A DNA stretch of 29,739 nt from a virus (IMGVR_UViG_3300035164_000003:1-29739); one strand, 5' to 3'; positions 16,242-25,294 are shown, counted from the first letter of the stretch. The notes: generated from the letters alone by a model not told the origin. A program made the numbers and translations.

Positions 16242-16359
16242 ATTTAAAGAGATATTACCACCAAAACCAAAACCTACTTTCTTTGAGCAGATCAAAAGGT
16301 ATGTCAGGATTTTAATACGCAAAAAAAGACGTATCCAAAGATTAAATAGATATTACTAA
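16234..16359 (+). CDS. 41-aa very basic microprotein (not in ORF track)
   Basis: TTG start 9 nt after GAGG; MNRFKEILPPKPKPTFFEQIKRYVRILIRKKRRIQRLNRYY; fills the gap between neighbours. Confidence 0.5.
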   Translation: MNRFKEILPPKPKPTFFEQIKRYVRILIRKKRRIQRLNRYY

Positions 16360-16375
16360 TATTACCTATTAGTAA

Positions 16376-16669
16376 ATGTTATCTACCGCATACCGTTTAA
16401 GACTAGAAGCAATTTGTAAAGATATTGCTGCTGGTTCAGAAGTCACTATGACTGATATGATTTGGGCTCAAAAACTTGGAAAAGCAAATACAAGTGCAAG
16501 GGGTATGTTGAGTCAAGCGAGAAGATTAGCAACTGACCCAGATGGATCGTGTTTAAAATTTTTAGATATAGGAGATCCACGTAAATCTAAAAGAGGATTC
16601 CAAGGTGCAGATGACGTAGCAGATTGGTTTAAGAATGACAAATCTGACGATTGGAGACAACGTGACTGA
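16376..16669 (+). CDS. Hypothetical cyanophage protein (97 aa)
   Basis: MLSTAYRLRLEAICK.I...DMIWAQKL.KANTSA..ML..ARR...DDWRQRD; ATTAAATA at 16341-16348 upstream. Confidence 0.75.
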   Translation: MLSTAYRLRLEAICKDIAAGSEVTMTDMIWAQKLGKANTSARGMLSQARRLATDPDGSCLKFLDIGDPRKSKRGFQGADDVADWFKNDKSDDWRQRD

Positions 16670-16913
16670 ATATGAAAAGAGAGCACTCGATCCTTGTTGG
16701 CAACACAAACAAAAATGTGTCGCAATGTTCACCCTCGATTCACACAACACTAGCTACCTATATCGAAGAGAAGATAACACATATTACTGGCAGCATTGTA
16801 GAAAGGAAGCGGAAGACGACCTCCTCATAGATGCCGATAATATACAATTAGATTTGTTTGGAGACCCAATCTTATCAAAATCTTTTATAATGAAAGAGAT
16901 CTTTTCAGTATAA
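16662..16913 (+). CDS. Hypothetical protein (83 aa)
   Basis: GTG at 16662 with GGAG at 16653-16656 is the likelier start; contains QLDLFG. Confidence 0.65.
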   Translation: MTEYEKRALDPCWQHKQKCVAMFTLDSHNTSYLYRREDNTYYWQHCRKEAEDDLLIDADNIQLDLFGDPILSKSFIMKEIFSV

Positions 16914-16916
16914 ATA
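16909..16916 (+). promoter_or_regulatory. Late promoter of ptox
   Basis: Exact TATAAATA ending 5 nt before the ptox ATG. Confidence 0.75.
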
Positions 16917-16921
16917 CCTAT

Positions 16922-17422
16922 ATGAAACAATTCAATACTTTCGTCTTAGATACTACAATCTATATCTTAGACTTTCTTTACAGAGGTAGAGACTTTCAAA
17001 GGTTTTGGGTTCTAGAAGTTATTGCTAGAGCACCATACTTTTCATTTATCAGTGTGTTACATTTTCGTGAATCTCTTGGTCTACGAGGTGAAGAACACAT
17101 ATATCTAATGAAGGAACACTTTTATCAAGCACTCAATGAAACAGAACACTTGGAAGAGATGGAACTTAGAGAGGGGAATAAATATTGGATCGATAGATTC
17201 TTCGCTAAACACTTGGTTCTTCTTTACTATTGGATTATGGTTGCTTATTATTTCATTAGTCCCTTAGATGCGTACGACATCAATATGAAAATTGAGAAAC
17301 ACGCATATGAAACTTACACGAAATACCTTGCATATCATCCAGAAGATACAAAGATTGCTGAGATAGCAGAGGATGAATTAAAACACGCTAAAGAATTACA
17401 TCACGCAATGTCTCTGATCTAA
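16922..17422 (+). CDS. ptox: Plastoquinol terminal oxidase (PTOX, alternative-oxidase di-iron family); auxiliary metabolic gene
   Basis: RFWVLEVIARAPYFSF.SVLH, NETEHL (ExxH), IEKHAYETY and EDELKH (ExxH): all di-iron ligand motifs present. Confidence 0.95.
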   Translation: MKQFNTFVLDTTIYILDFLYRGRDFQRFWVLEVIARAPYFSFISVLHFRESLGLRGEEHIYLMKEHFYQALNETEHLEEMELREGNKYWIDRFFAKHLVLLYYWIMVAYYFISPLDAYDINMKIEKHAYETYTKYLAYHPEDTKIAEIAEDELKHAKELHHAMSLI

Positions 17423-17526
17423 TGGTCGTTTGGAGTATCGTTTGGATGATAGGGATACTTCTCGTTTGTGTCTCAGTTGTGATATACTATATACTGAGAT
17501 ACGATCATTTCTTTCCAAATGAATAA
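17422..17526 (+). CDS. 34-aa single-transmembrane peptide (not in ORF track)
   Basis: TAATG-coupled to ptox; MVVWSIVWMIGILLVCVSVVIYYILRYDHFFPNE. Confidence 0.7.
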   Translation: MVVWSIVWMIGILLVCVSVVIYYILRYDHFFPNE

Positions 17527-17767
17527 GTTAGTAGCGATAATACCTTTGTTATTTTTAACAGCGTGTGGAGAAGCACCTGTTACTGCTAGTGTTGTTGATG
17601 CTGAGTTCTATGATCAACTTGTAGAACAGTATCACGAAGCACGAACTAAAAGAGATTACAGGGATGCTGAAGATGTTATAAATAGTGCATTAATGGAGTT
17701 TTACTATGGGGGCAATGGTACCACCGAGTCGGAAGAGTTGTTACAACTTCCGAGTCGTATCGATTGA
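17519..17767 (+). CDS. Putative lipoprotein (82 aa)
   Basis: MNK + hydrophobic LVAIIPLLF + lipobox LTA|C. Confidence 0.65.
   Translation: MNKLVAIIPLLFLTACGEAPVTASVVDAEFYDQLVEQYHEARTKRDYRDAEDVINSALMEFYYGGNGTTESEELLQLPSRID
17677..17684 (+). promoter_or_regulatory. Late promoter for the nuclease-g17 unit
   Basis: Exact TATAAATA, then GGAG (17695-17698) and ATG 17706. Confidence 0.75.
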
Positions 17768-18197
17768 TAAGGTCGTTGATGGCGATACTATCGATGTAAC
17801 AATAGATTTAGGATTTGATTTATATAAGAAAGAACGTGTTAGAATAGCGGGTATCGATACTCCTGAGAAAAGGACAAGAGACTTAGAAGAAAAGGCATTG
17901 GGAATAGATGCTACTAACTGGATGAAAGGTACACTGGAGGACACTATCAATGGAGACAATGAACTCATTATACGAACTGAACTTAAAGGTGGGGTTGGTA
18001 AGTATGGTAGGCTGCTTGGTTGGTTATACGTTGGCGATGATGATGTATCACTCAACGAACAAATGATTGCCGAAGGGTATGCGTGGGCTTACGATGGTGG
18101 ATCAAAGAATAAGAACTTCAAAGAACTAATAGAGATACGTAAGTCATTTGGTACCTATTTTGATGAAGCACCAGGTACACCATCATCGGTTGAGTAA
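17706..18197 (+). CDS. Staphylococcal nuclease-like (SNase/thermonuclease) protein
   Basis: VVDGDTI, RVRIAGIDTPE, KYGRLLG, LNEQMIAEGYA motifs. Confidence 0.88.
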   Translation: MGAMVPPSRKSCYNFRVVSIDKVVDGDTIDVTIDLGFDLYKKERVRIAGIDTPEKRTRDLEEKALGIDATNWMKGTLEDTINGDNELIIRTELKGGVGKYGRLLGWLYVGDDDVSLNEQMIAEGYAWAYDGGSKNKNFKELIEIRKSFGTYFDEAPGTPSSVE

Positions 18198-19846
18198 TGG
18201 CAGAGAATCAGATATATCTTGGTAATCCGAATCTAAAAAAAGCAAACGTACCAACTCACTTTACACCTAAACAGGTAGAGGAGTTTGTTAAGTGTAGTAA
18301 AGATCCAATCTATTTTATACGTAAGTATATCAAGATTGTGTCTCTGGATGAAGGTATCATCCCATTTAATATGTACGATTTCCAAGAGGAGATGGTAGAT
18401 AGGTTTCATCATAATAGATTCAACATAGCAAAATTACCTCGACAGTCTGGTAAATCTACTGTTGTTACATCATATCTTTTATGGTATGTAATATTCAATG
18501 ATAATGTCAATGTCGCAATCCTCGCAAACAAAGCTCCGACTGCTAGAGAAATGTTGGGACGCTTACAGTTATCTTATGAGAACCTTCCTAAATGGATGCA
18601 GCAGGGTATTATTGGTTGGAACAAGGGGTCAGTCGAACTGGAGAACGGATCTCGTCTCCTTGCTTCATCTACTTCTGCTTCTGCTGTTCGTGGGATGTCC
18701 TTTAATATTATCTTCCTTGATGAGTTTGCGTTCGTTCCGAACAATATTGCTGAACAGTTCTTTGCTTCTGTTTATCCTACTATCTCATCTGGTAAAAATA
18801 CCAAAGTTATTATCATATCTACCCCTCACGGGATGAATATGTATTATAAGATATGGCACGATGCTGAAAGAAAGAAGAATGAATATATAACAACTGACGT
18901 ACATTGGTCACAAGTTCCTGGTAGGGATGCTGATTGGAAAGAGCAAACTATTGCTAACACATCAGAAGCACAGTTCAGAGTTGAGTTTGAATGTGAGTTC
19001 CTAGGATCTGTTGACACTTTAATATCTGCAAGCAAATTGAGGTTAATGGTTTATGAAGATCCCATCACTACTCAGAATGGACTTGATGTATATGAAGATC
19101 CTCAGAAAGAACATCAATATACTATTACTGTTGATGTTGCTAGAGGGATTGACGGTGATTATTCTGCTTTCACGGTTTTTGATACATCCACAGTTCCATA
19201 TAAATTAGTTGCCAAATATAGAAACAATCAAATTAAACCCCTATTGTTTCCTGATATTATTCATAGGGTTGCTAAGTCATATAACCACGCATACGTATTG
19301 ATAGAAGTAAATGATGTTGGTGCACAGGTAGCAGATATACTTCAGTATGATCTTGAATATGATAACCTCCTAATGGCAGCAATGAGAGGTAGAGCAGGGC
19401 AAGTTGTAGGACAGGGTTTCTCTGGAAGTAAAGTTCAACTTGGTGTCAAGATGAGTTCAGCAGTTAAGAAACTAGGTTGTTCTAACCTTAAAGGATTATT
19501 AGAAGATGATAAAATATTAATACAAGACTACGATATTATATCTGAACTAACTACGTTTATACAAAAAGGTCAATCTTGGCAAGCGGAAGAAGGATGCCAC
19601 GATGACCTTGCTATGTGTTTAGTTTTATTCTCTTGGTTGTGTGTACAAGAATACTTTAAAGAGTGTCACGACAATGACATTCGTTTAAAAATGTATGAAG
19701 AACAACGAGAAGCAATAGAGGCAGATATGGCTCCGTTTGGTTTTATTCAGGATGGTATGGATGATAACTCATTTGTAGATGACGACGGTGAAAGATGGTT
19801 CACAGACGAATACGGAGACCGTGCTTATATGTGGGAGTATCGTTGA
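18197..19846 (+). CDS. g17: Terminase large subunit gp17
   Basis: YLGNPNLKKAN, Walker A PRQSGKST, Walker B IIFLDEFAF, STPHG coupling motif, nuclease DVARG...HDDL. Confidence 0.97.
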   Translation: MAENQIYLGNPNLKKANVPTHFTPKQVEEFVKCSKDPIYFIRKYIKIVSLDEGIIPFNMYDFQEEMVDRFHHNRFNIAKLPRQSGKSTVVTSYLLWYVIFNDNVNVAILANKAPTAREMLGRLQLSYENLPKWMQQGIIGWNKGSVELENGSRLLASSTSASAVRGMSFNIIFLDEFAFVPNNIAEQFFASVYPTISSGKNTKVIIISTPHGMNMYYKIWHDAERKKNEYITTDVHWSQVPGRDADWKEQTIANTSEAQFRVEFECEFLGSVDTLISASKLRLMVYEDPITTQNGLDVYEDPQKEHQYTITVDVARGIDGDYSAFTVFDTSTVPYKLVAKYRNNQIKPLLFPDIIHRVAKSYNHAYVLIEVNDVGAQVADILQYDLEYDNLLMAAMRGRAGQVVGQGFSGSKVQLGVKMSSAVKKLGCSNLKGLLEDDKILIQDYDIISELTTFIQKGQSWQAEEGCHDDLAMCLVLFSWLCVQEYFKECHDNDIRLKMYEEQREAIEADMAPFGFIQDGMDDNSFVDDDGERWFTDEYGDRAYMWEYR

Positions 19847-19858
19847 AAGAAGGGGAAT

Positions 19859-19866
19859 CATAAATA
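19859..19866 (+). promoter_or_regulatory. Late promoter for g18
   Basis: Intergenic CATAAATA, then AGGAG RBS. Confidence 0.75.
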
Positions 19867-19908
19867 ATTTCTAGAGAATATTTGAATTTTTTTTCAGGAG
19901 AATAAGCA

Positions 19909-22692
19909 ATGGCATCTACCCAACTTTCACCAGGGGTCGTTGTACTTGAGAAGGATCTAACAACGGTTGCATCTGCAACCATTGATAATGTAGCAAGTGT
20001 TGTTGGTTCTTTTGAAAAAGGTCCCGTAAACAAGATTGTTGATATTACTTCTGAAAAGGAGCTTTTATCAGTCTTCGGTAGACCTAACGATTACAACTAC
20101 GAATACTGGTATACAGCAGCACAGTTCTTACTGTACGGTGGTACATTGAAAGTGGTACGTGGTAATTCAACTGCATTGAAGAATGCTATTGATACAGCAC
20201 AGTTTACACTAACAACTTTCAGTGGATCTGATACAACACTAACAGTAACCGCATCAACCGACATAGCAGCACAGGATTTTATCTTGATAGACGCTGAAAT
20301 TATGAAGGTTACTGCTGTAGTCGGTAACGACCTTACTGTAGACAGAGGACAGTTATCAACTGCTGCTACAAGTCACGGAGCTGGTTCACAAGTAACATTA
20401 ATTGAAGACGCAGGAACATCCACTACTATGAATCAAGGTGGAACCCTTGCTGCTGGTGGTACTTCATTAACAGTTACAGACGCAGGGACACTTGGTGTTG
20501 GTACAAACGATTACATCAAGATCGCTGACGAAATATTACGAGTAAGTAATGTTGTTGGTAACGTATTGACAGTTAGCAGAGGAGAGTTGAGTACAACTGG
20601 TTCTGCACAAACTGATTCACAGACAGTTACTAAATTAGTCGTTACTGCTGGTAAGACAACAATTAACGAAGCAACATCAACTGGTGTTACTGTTCCAATC
20701 ATTAGAAACGTTGAACAGTATGAAGCATCTGTTGAGTCTGCATCTAACAACTGGAAGTGGGGTGCAAGAACACCTGGTCTTTACGGTAACTCAATAAGAG
20801 TCGTAATGACTGACGCTGGTCCTGACCAGATCCTTTCATTGGCACAACCAACATCTGCTGAGTGGGAATTTAGTACTACCACAGATATTTCTTACAGTGC
20901 TGCAAACGCTGCTGCTAAGATTTTTAGTTATACAATAGTTGCTCAACTAGACTCTGCATCTATAGCAGGGGACTTTTCTAAAGATGAAGTCTGGAGAGCA
21001 GAAACTGATGCTGGTGTAGCAATCGCTGTACAAGGAACCGTTAAAGCATACGATCCTATTACAAGAAAGATTGAACTTGACATCAACTACTCCTTATCTT
21101 CTGACGTACTAGAAGTTGGAGATAAAATTTGTGTTTGGACAACTGCTAGTGGTGGAACTAAGACAGGAGATCAAGCAAAGATTGAATCAGTTGAAAGACA
21201 ACTATCAGTTGTAACTGGTGCGAACAATGTTGCATTCGCTGCAAACTACACACTTGCAGATGACAATGCTACTGGATCACCTGTAACTCCTAACGTTAGT
21301 GTTGCTTCAGTTCGTTCTGCATACGATGATCTATACTTCGGTGGTGGTCAGAAATGGTCAAACATCGCAGCAAGACCTACAACTTCTCCGTGGGTTGCAG
21401 ATCGTGGTGGTGACAACGACCAAATGCACATACTTGTATTAGATGGAGATGGAAAATTAACTGGATCACCTGGTTCAGTTCTAGAGAAGTTCCTCTTCGT
21501 ATCTAAAGCATCAGATGCTAAAGGTGTACAGGGAGAAACAATATACTATAGAGATGTAATAAAATCTAGATCTCAATACGTTTACTGGGGAGCACACGAA
21601 ACAGGATCCATTATGGATGTTGATGGTAGTGCTACTGGTGACATTGGTGGATCAGGTATTAGCAAATCATTTGATTTACTAAAACAGGCTGCTCCTATTA
21701 AAACTAATGAGACATCATTAGGTCGTGAAATTATTGGAACTACTAATAGTTCTACTGTTAAGTACTCACTACAAGGTGGTACTGACGGATATACACTCTC
21801 ACGTTCAGAGATACTTGCAGGATTTGATCTTGTTGCTGACAAAGAAACTATTGATGTTGACTACATCCTAATGGGTCCTTCAATGGCAGATGCAAGTGAC
21901 ACTGTTGCTAAAGCACAGAAGATCATTGATATCGCTGCAACTCGTAAAGATTGTATCGCATTTGTATCACCTCCAAGAGGAGATGTCATCGGTATATCTG
22001 ATACAGGAGTGATAGTTAACAAGACTATTGATTTCTACAATCAGTTATCTTCAACTTCATATGCTGTATTTGATAACAACTACAAGTACATCTACGATAA
22101 ATACAACGACAAGTATCGCTACATTCCTTGTAACGCTGATACTGCTGGTTTGACATTAAGTACAACACTTAATTCAGAAGCGTGGTTCTCTCCTGCTGGA
22201 TTCAACAGAGGACAACTACGTAACGCAATCAAACTTGCATACTCACCACTTAAGGATCATAGAGATAGATTGTATGCTGCACGTGTCAACCCAGTAGTAG
22301 CATTTCCTGGTCAAGGAATTGTACTATTCGGTGACAAAACTGCACTCGCATATCAATCTGCATTCGACAGAATTAACGTTCGTCGCTTGTTCTTAGTATT
22401 AGAAGATGCAATCTCTGATGCAGCAAAGACACAACTCTTTGAATTAAATGACGAGTTCACTCGTGCTTCATTCAAGAACATTGTCGAACCATTCCTACGT
22501 AGTGTTCAATCACGAAGAGGAATTATTGACTTCCTAGTTGTTTGTGATACATCAAACAACCCATCCGAAGCGATTGATCGTGGCGAATTCTTTGCCGAGA
22601 TCTTCGTTAAACCAACAAGGTCGATAAACTACATTACACTAACCTTCACCGCAACTAGAACAGGTTCTAGTTTCTCTGAAGTAACTAATTGA
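19909..22692 (+). CDS. g18: Tail sheath protein gp18 (927 aa, with inserted domains)
   Basis: LSPGV...E.DLT, WFSPAGFNRG, LFGDKT, AFDRINVRRLF, FVKPTRSINYITL.F.ATRTG. Confidence 0.97.
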   Translation: MASTQLSPGVVVLEKDLTTVASATIDNVASVVGSFEKGPVNKIVDITSEKELLSVFGRPNDYNYEYWYTAAQFLLYGGTLKVVRGNSTALKNAIDTAQFTLTTFSGSDTTLTVTASTDIAAQDFILIDAEIMKVTAVVGNDLTVDRGQLSTAATSHGAGSQVTLIEDAGTSTTMNQGGTLAAGGTSLTVTDAGTLGVGTNDYIKIADEILRVSNVVGNVLTVSRGELSTTGSAQTDSQTVTKLVVTAGKTTINEATSTGVTVPIIRNVEQYEASVESASNNWKWGARTPGLYGNSIRVVMTDAGPDQILSLAQPTSAEWEFSTTTDISYSAANAAAKIFSYTIVAQLDSASIAGDFSKDEVWRAETDAGVAIAVQGTVKAYDPITRKIELDINYSLSSDVLEVGDKICVWTTASGGTKTGDQAKIESVERQLSVVTGANNVAFAANYTLADDNATGSPVTPNVSVASVRSAYDDLYFGGGQKWSNIAARPTTSPWVADRGGDNDQMHILVLDGDGKLTGSPGSVLEKFLFVSKASDAKGVQGETIYYRDVIKSRSQYVYWGAHETGSIMDVDGSATGDIGGSGISKSFDLLKQAAPIKTNETSLGREIIGTTNSSTVKYSLQGGTDGYTLSRSEILAGFDLVADKETIDVDYILMGPSMADASDTVAKAQKIIDIAATRKDCIAFVSPPRGDVIGISDTGVIVNKTIDFYNQLSSTSYAVFDNNYKYIYDKYNDKYRYIPCNADTAGLTLSTTLNSEAWFSPAGFNRGQLRNAIKLAYSPLKDHRDRLYAARVNPVVAFPGQGIVLFGDKTALAYQSAFDRINVRRLFLVLEDAISDAAKTQLFELNDEFTRASFKNIVEPFLRSVQSRRGIIDFLVVCDTSNNPSEAIDRGEFFAEIFVKPTRSINYITLTFTATRTGSSFSEVTN

Positions 22693-22727
22693 TCTCAAGA
22701 GAAAATCCTTTAAGGAGTAACTAACAA

Positions 22728-23399
22728 ATGGCAGAAGCACAACCAGGACAGGTAGAACAGAGTTCAGTAAGAGCTCCGATATTTACCTTCCGTGATCAAG
22801 TAAGAGACTTTGCACGTCCCAATCTGTTTCAAGTAGAGATCTATGCACCTCCTGTTCTACAGGATAGTGTAGGTCCTCAATCAGGAGCAGTGGCGGGTAG
22901 TGTTGCAGAGGTTGCTGAAAACACATCTGGTGGATCACAACTTAACGCATCGGAAGCATCAGCATTCGGTACATTCCTTGTAAAAGCAGCAAACATTCCT
23001 TCATCTGTTGTTGGAGTTGTTGAAGTACCTTACAGAGGAAGACAACTAAAACTTGCTGGAGACAGACAGTTTGAACCTTGGACAATCACTGTTCTTAACG
23101 ATCAGTCATTCAAGTTCAGATCATTCTTTGAATCTTGGTCAACAAACATCCAAGCATTACAGCAGAACTTCCAGAACGCTAACACAATGGCTGAATACCA
23201 AGCAATGGCTAAGGTCAGACAGATGGATAGAAAGGGTAAGATTATTCGTACATACAAGTTCGAGGGTATCTGGCCATCTAACATCAGTTCCATTGGTTTA
23301 GATTGGGGAACAACTGACACTCCAGAAGAGTACACAGTTGAGTTCCAAGTACAGTACTGGACTTACGACAACGATGTTAACACTGGAAACGCTGGATAA
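22728..23399 (+). CDS. g19: Tail tube protein gp19
   Basis: ARPNLFQV, KAANIP, VPYRGRQLKLAGDR.FEPWTITV.ND, GIWPSNIS.I.L.W, FQVQYW. Confidence 0.95.
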   Translation: MAEAQPGQVEQSSVRAPIFTFRDQVRDFARPNLFQVEIYAPPVLQDSVGPQSGAVAGSVAEVAENTSGGSQLNASEASAFGTFLVKAANIPSSVVGVVEVPYRGRQLKLAGDRQFEPWTITVLNDQSFKFRSFFESWSTNIQALQQNFQNANTMAEYQAMAKVRQMDRKGKIIRTYKFEGIWPSNISSIGLDWGTTDTPEEYTVEFQVQYWTYDNDVNTGNAG

Positions 23400-23415
23400 G
23401 CGGTTTTAAAACTCG

Positions 23416-23423
23416 TATAAATA
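23416..23423 (+). promoter_or_regulatory. Late promoter for g20
   Basis: Exact intergenic TATAAATA. Confidence 0.85.
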
Positions 23424-23448
23424 ATAAGATAAACAATAGAAAGTAAGA

Positions 23449-25077
23449 ATGTCCCAACTCTTTGGTTATTCTCTTGAACGTGCGAAGAAGGATCGAAATA
23501 AAGGTCCTTCTTTTGTGCGTCCAGAGTCAGATGACGCAGCGACACCAGTTGCGGGTGGTGGTTATTTTGGAACCGCCATCGATCTTGATGGAACATTTAA
23601 GGACGAAAATGATTTAATTCGTCGTTATAGATCTATGTCTATCCACCCTGAGTGTGATAGAGCAATCGATGATGTTGTTAACGAAGCGATTGCAGGAGAA
23701 ATAGATGATGTACCAGTTGAAGTAGAACTGTCTAATTTAAAAGTCGGTGCTAATGTAAAGAAACAAATCCGTGAGGAGTTTCAAAACGTACTACGACTTC
23801 TAAAATTTGACACACGTGCGTACGATATTTTTAGAAGATGGTACATTGATGGTAAAATTTATTATCATAAGATGATCGACCCTGCTAATCCTAGGGATGG
23901 CATCACAGAATTAAGATACATCGATCCACGTAAGATACGCAAAGTCGTGGAGATGGAGAGAAAGAAAGATAGAACACAAATAGATCCACGCACAATGGAA
24001 GCTCAGATAGCTCCAAGAACTGCTGAATATTATGTGTACAATCCAAAAGGTATGCGTGCTGGTATGGAAACCAGTGGTATAAAGATTGCACCTGACGCTA
24101 TCGCTTTCAGTCACAGTGGTTTGAAGGATATGAATAAGAATGTGATTATGTCACATCTTCATAAAGCAATCAAAGCACTTAACCAGTTAAGAATGATCGA
24201 AGATAGTTTGGTTATCTATAGACTATCAAGAGCACCAGAAAGAAGAATATTTTATATCGATGTAGGTAATTTACCAAAACAGAAAGCGGAACAATACCTC
24301 CGAGAGGTAATGAGTCGCTATCGAAACAAGTTAGTTTACAACGCAGACACAGGAGAAATCAGAGATGACAGAAAATTTATGTCGATGCTCGAAGACTTCT
24401 GGCTCCCACGTAGAGAAGGAGGACGAGGTACTGAAATCACTACGTTGCCAGGTGGACAAAATCTTGGAGAACTTGAGGATGTCAAATACTTCCAAAAGAA
24501 ACTATATCGTGCCTTAAATGTACCAGAGTCTCGTCTTGAATCAGAATCACAGTTCAACTTAGGTCGTGCTGCTGAGATTACAAGAGATGAGATTAAGTTT
24601 CAGAAGTTTGTCACTAGACTCCGTAAGAAGTTTAGTGAGTTGCTTGACGACTTACTCAAGACACAACTTGTTCTGAAAGGTGTCATTTCCATTGAAGAAT
24701 GGGAAGATATGTCAGAGCATATTCAATATGATTATATCGCTGATAATTATTTCAGTGAATTGAAAGAGAAAGAGATGCTCACAGAACGTCTCAATCTTAT
24801 GACTCAAATGGATCCGTTTGCTGGTAGGTACTTCTCTTTGGAGTACATACGTCGTCAGATCTTGCGTCAAACAGATGCAGAAATGAATGACATTGATAAG
24901 CAAATGGAGGAAGAGATTGCGAGTGGTAAACTCCCAGATCCTGCAACCATTGACCCTGCTACAGGAATGCCAATAGAGGATCCTATGGCAATGGAAGGTG
25001 AAGGAATGGAAGAAGAAGCTCAAGAAATCTCAGTTGATAACGTCGAACCCGCAGACTATAAACGTGGGGAATTCTAA
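23449..25077 (+). CDS. g20: Portal protein gp20
   Basis: FRRWYIDG, NQLRMIEDSLVIYRLSRAPERRIFYIDVGNLPK, EDFWLPRREGGRGTEITTLPGGQNLG. Confidence 0.98.
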   Translation: MSQLFGYSLERAKKDRNKGPSFVRPESDDAATPVAGGGYFGTAIDLDGTFKDENDLIRRYRSMSIHPECDRAIDDVVNEAIAGEIDDVPVEVELSNLKVGANVKKQIREEFQNVLRLLKFDTRAYDIFRRWYIDGKIYYHKMIDPANPRDGITELRYIDPRKIRKVVEMERKKDRTQIDPRTMEAQIAPRTAEYYVYNPKGMRAGMETSGIKIAPDAIAFSHSGLKDMNKNVIMSHLHKAIKALNQLRMIEDSLVIYRLSRAPERRIFYIDVGNLPKQKAEQYLREVMSRYRNKLVYNADTGEIRDDRKFMSMLEDFWLPRREGGRGTEITTLPGGQNLGELEDVKYFQKKLYRALNVPESRLESESQFNLGRAAEITRDEIKFQKFVTRLRKKFSELLDDLLKTQLVLKGVISIEEWEDMSEHIQYDYIADNYFSELKEKEMLTERLNLMTQMDPFAGRYFSLEYIRRQILRQTDAEMNDIDKQMEEEIASGKLPDPATIDPATGMPIEDPMAMEGEGMEEEAQEISVDNVEPADYKRGEF

Positions 25078-25080
25078 ATA
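25073..25080 (+). promoter_or_regulatory. Late promoter variant
   Basis: TCTAAATA over the g20 stop, GAGG RBS downstream; a second site CATAAATA at 25126-25133. Confidence 0.55.
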
Positions 25081-25099
25081 ATTACATTAGAGGTACATT

Positions 25100-25294
25100 A
25101 TGCCTAGCGTAGCCGCTACAGAAATCATAAATAAATTGTTCTCTGGAAACAAAGATCTAGGGAATGAGGTCAATGATGCAATGATGGCACTCTCTGCTGA
25201 TAAACTTGACGCAGAGAAAAAGACAATCGCTAAAGATTGGTTAAAAGATCCCACACAGGAAACACCAGATGAAACTGATAACGGAGCAGATTGA
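25100..25294 (+). CDS. Small protein at the T4 g67/g68 (prohead core) position
   Basis: 64-aa helical, acidic-tailed ORF with GAGG RBS between g20 and g21; function inferred from synteny only. Confidence 0.65.
   Translation: MPSVAATEIINKLFSGNKDLGNEVNDAMMALSADKLDAEKKTIAKDWLKDPTQETPDETDNGAD

Noticed and set aside
17422-17767. i-spanin/o-spanin pair
   Set aside because: The TM peptide has only ~9 residues after the helix, too short to span the periplasm, and no endolysin or holin is adjacent.
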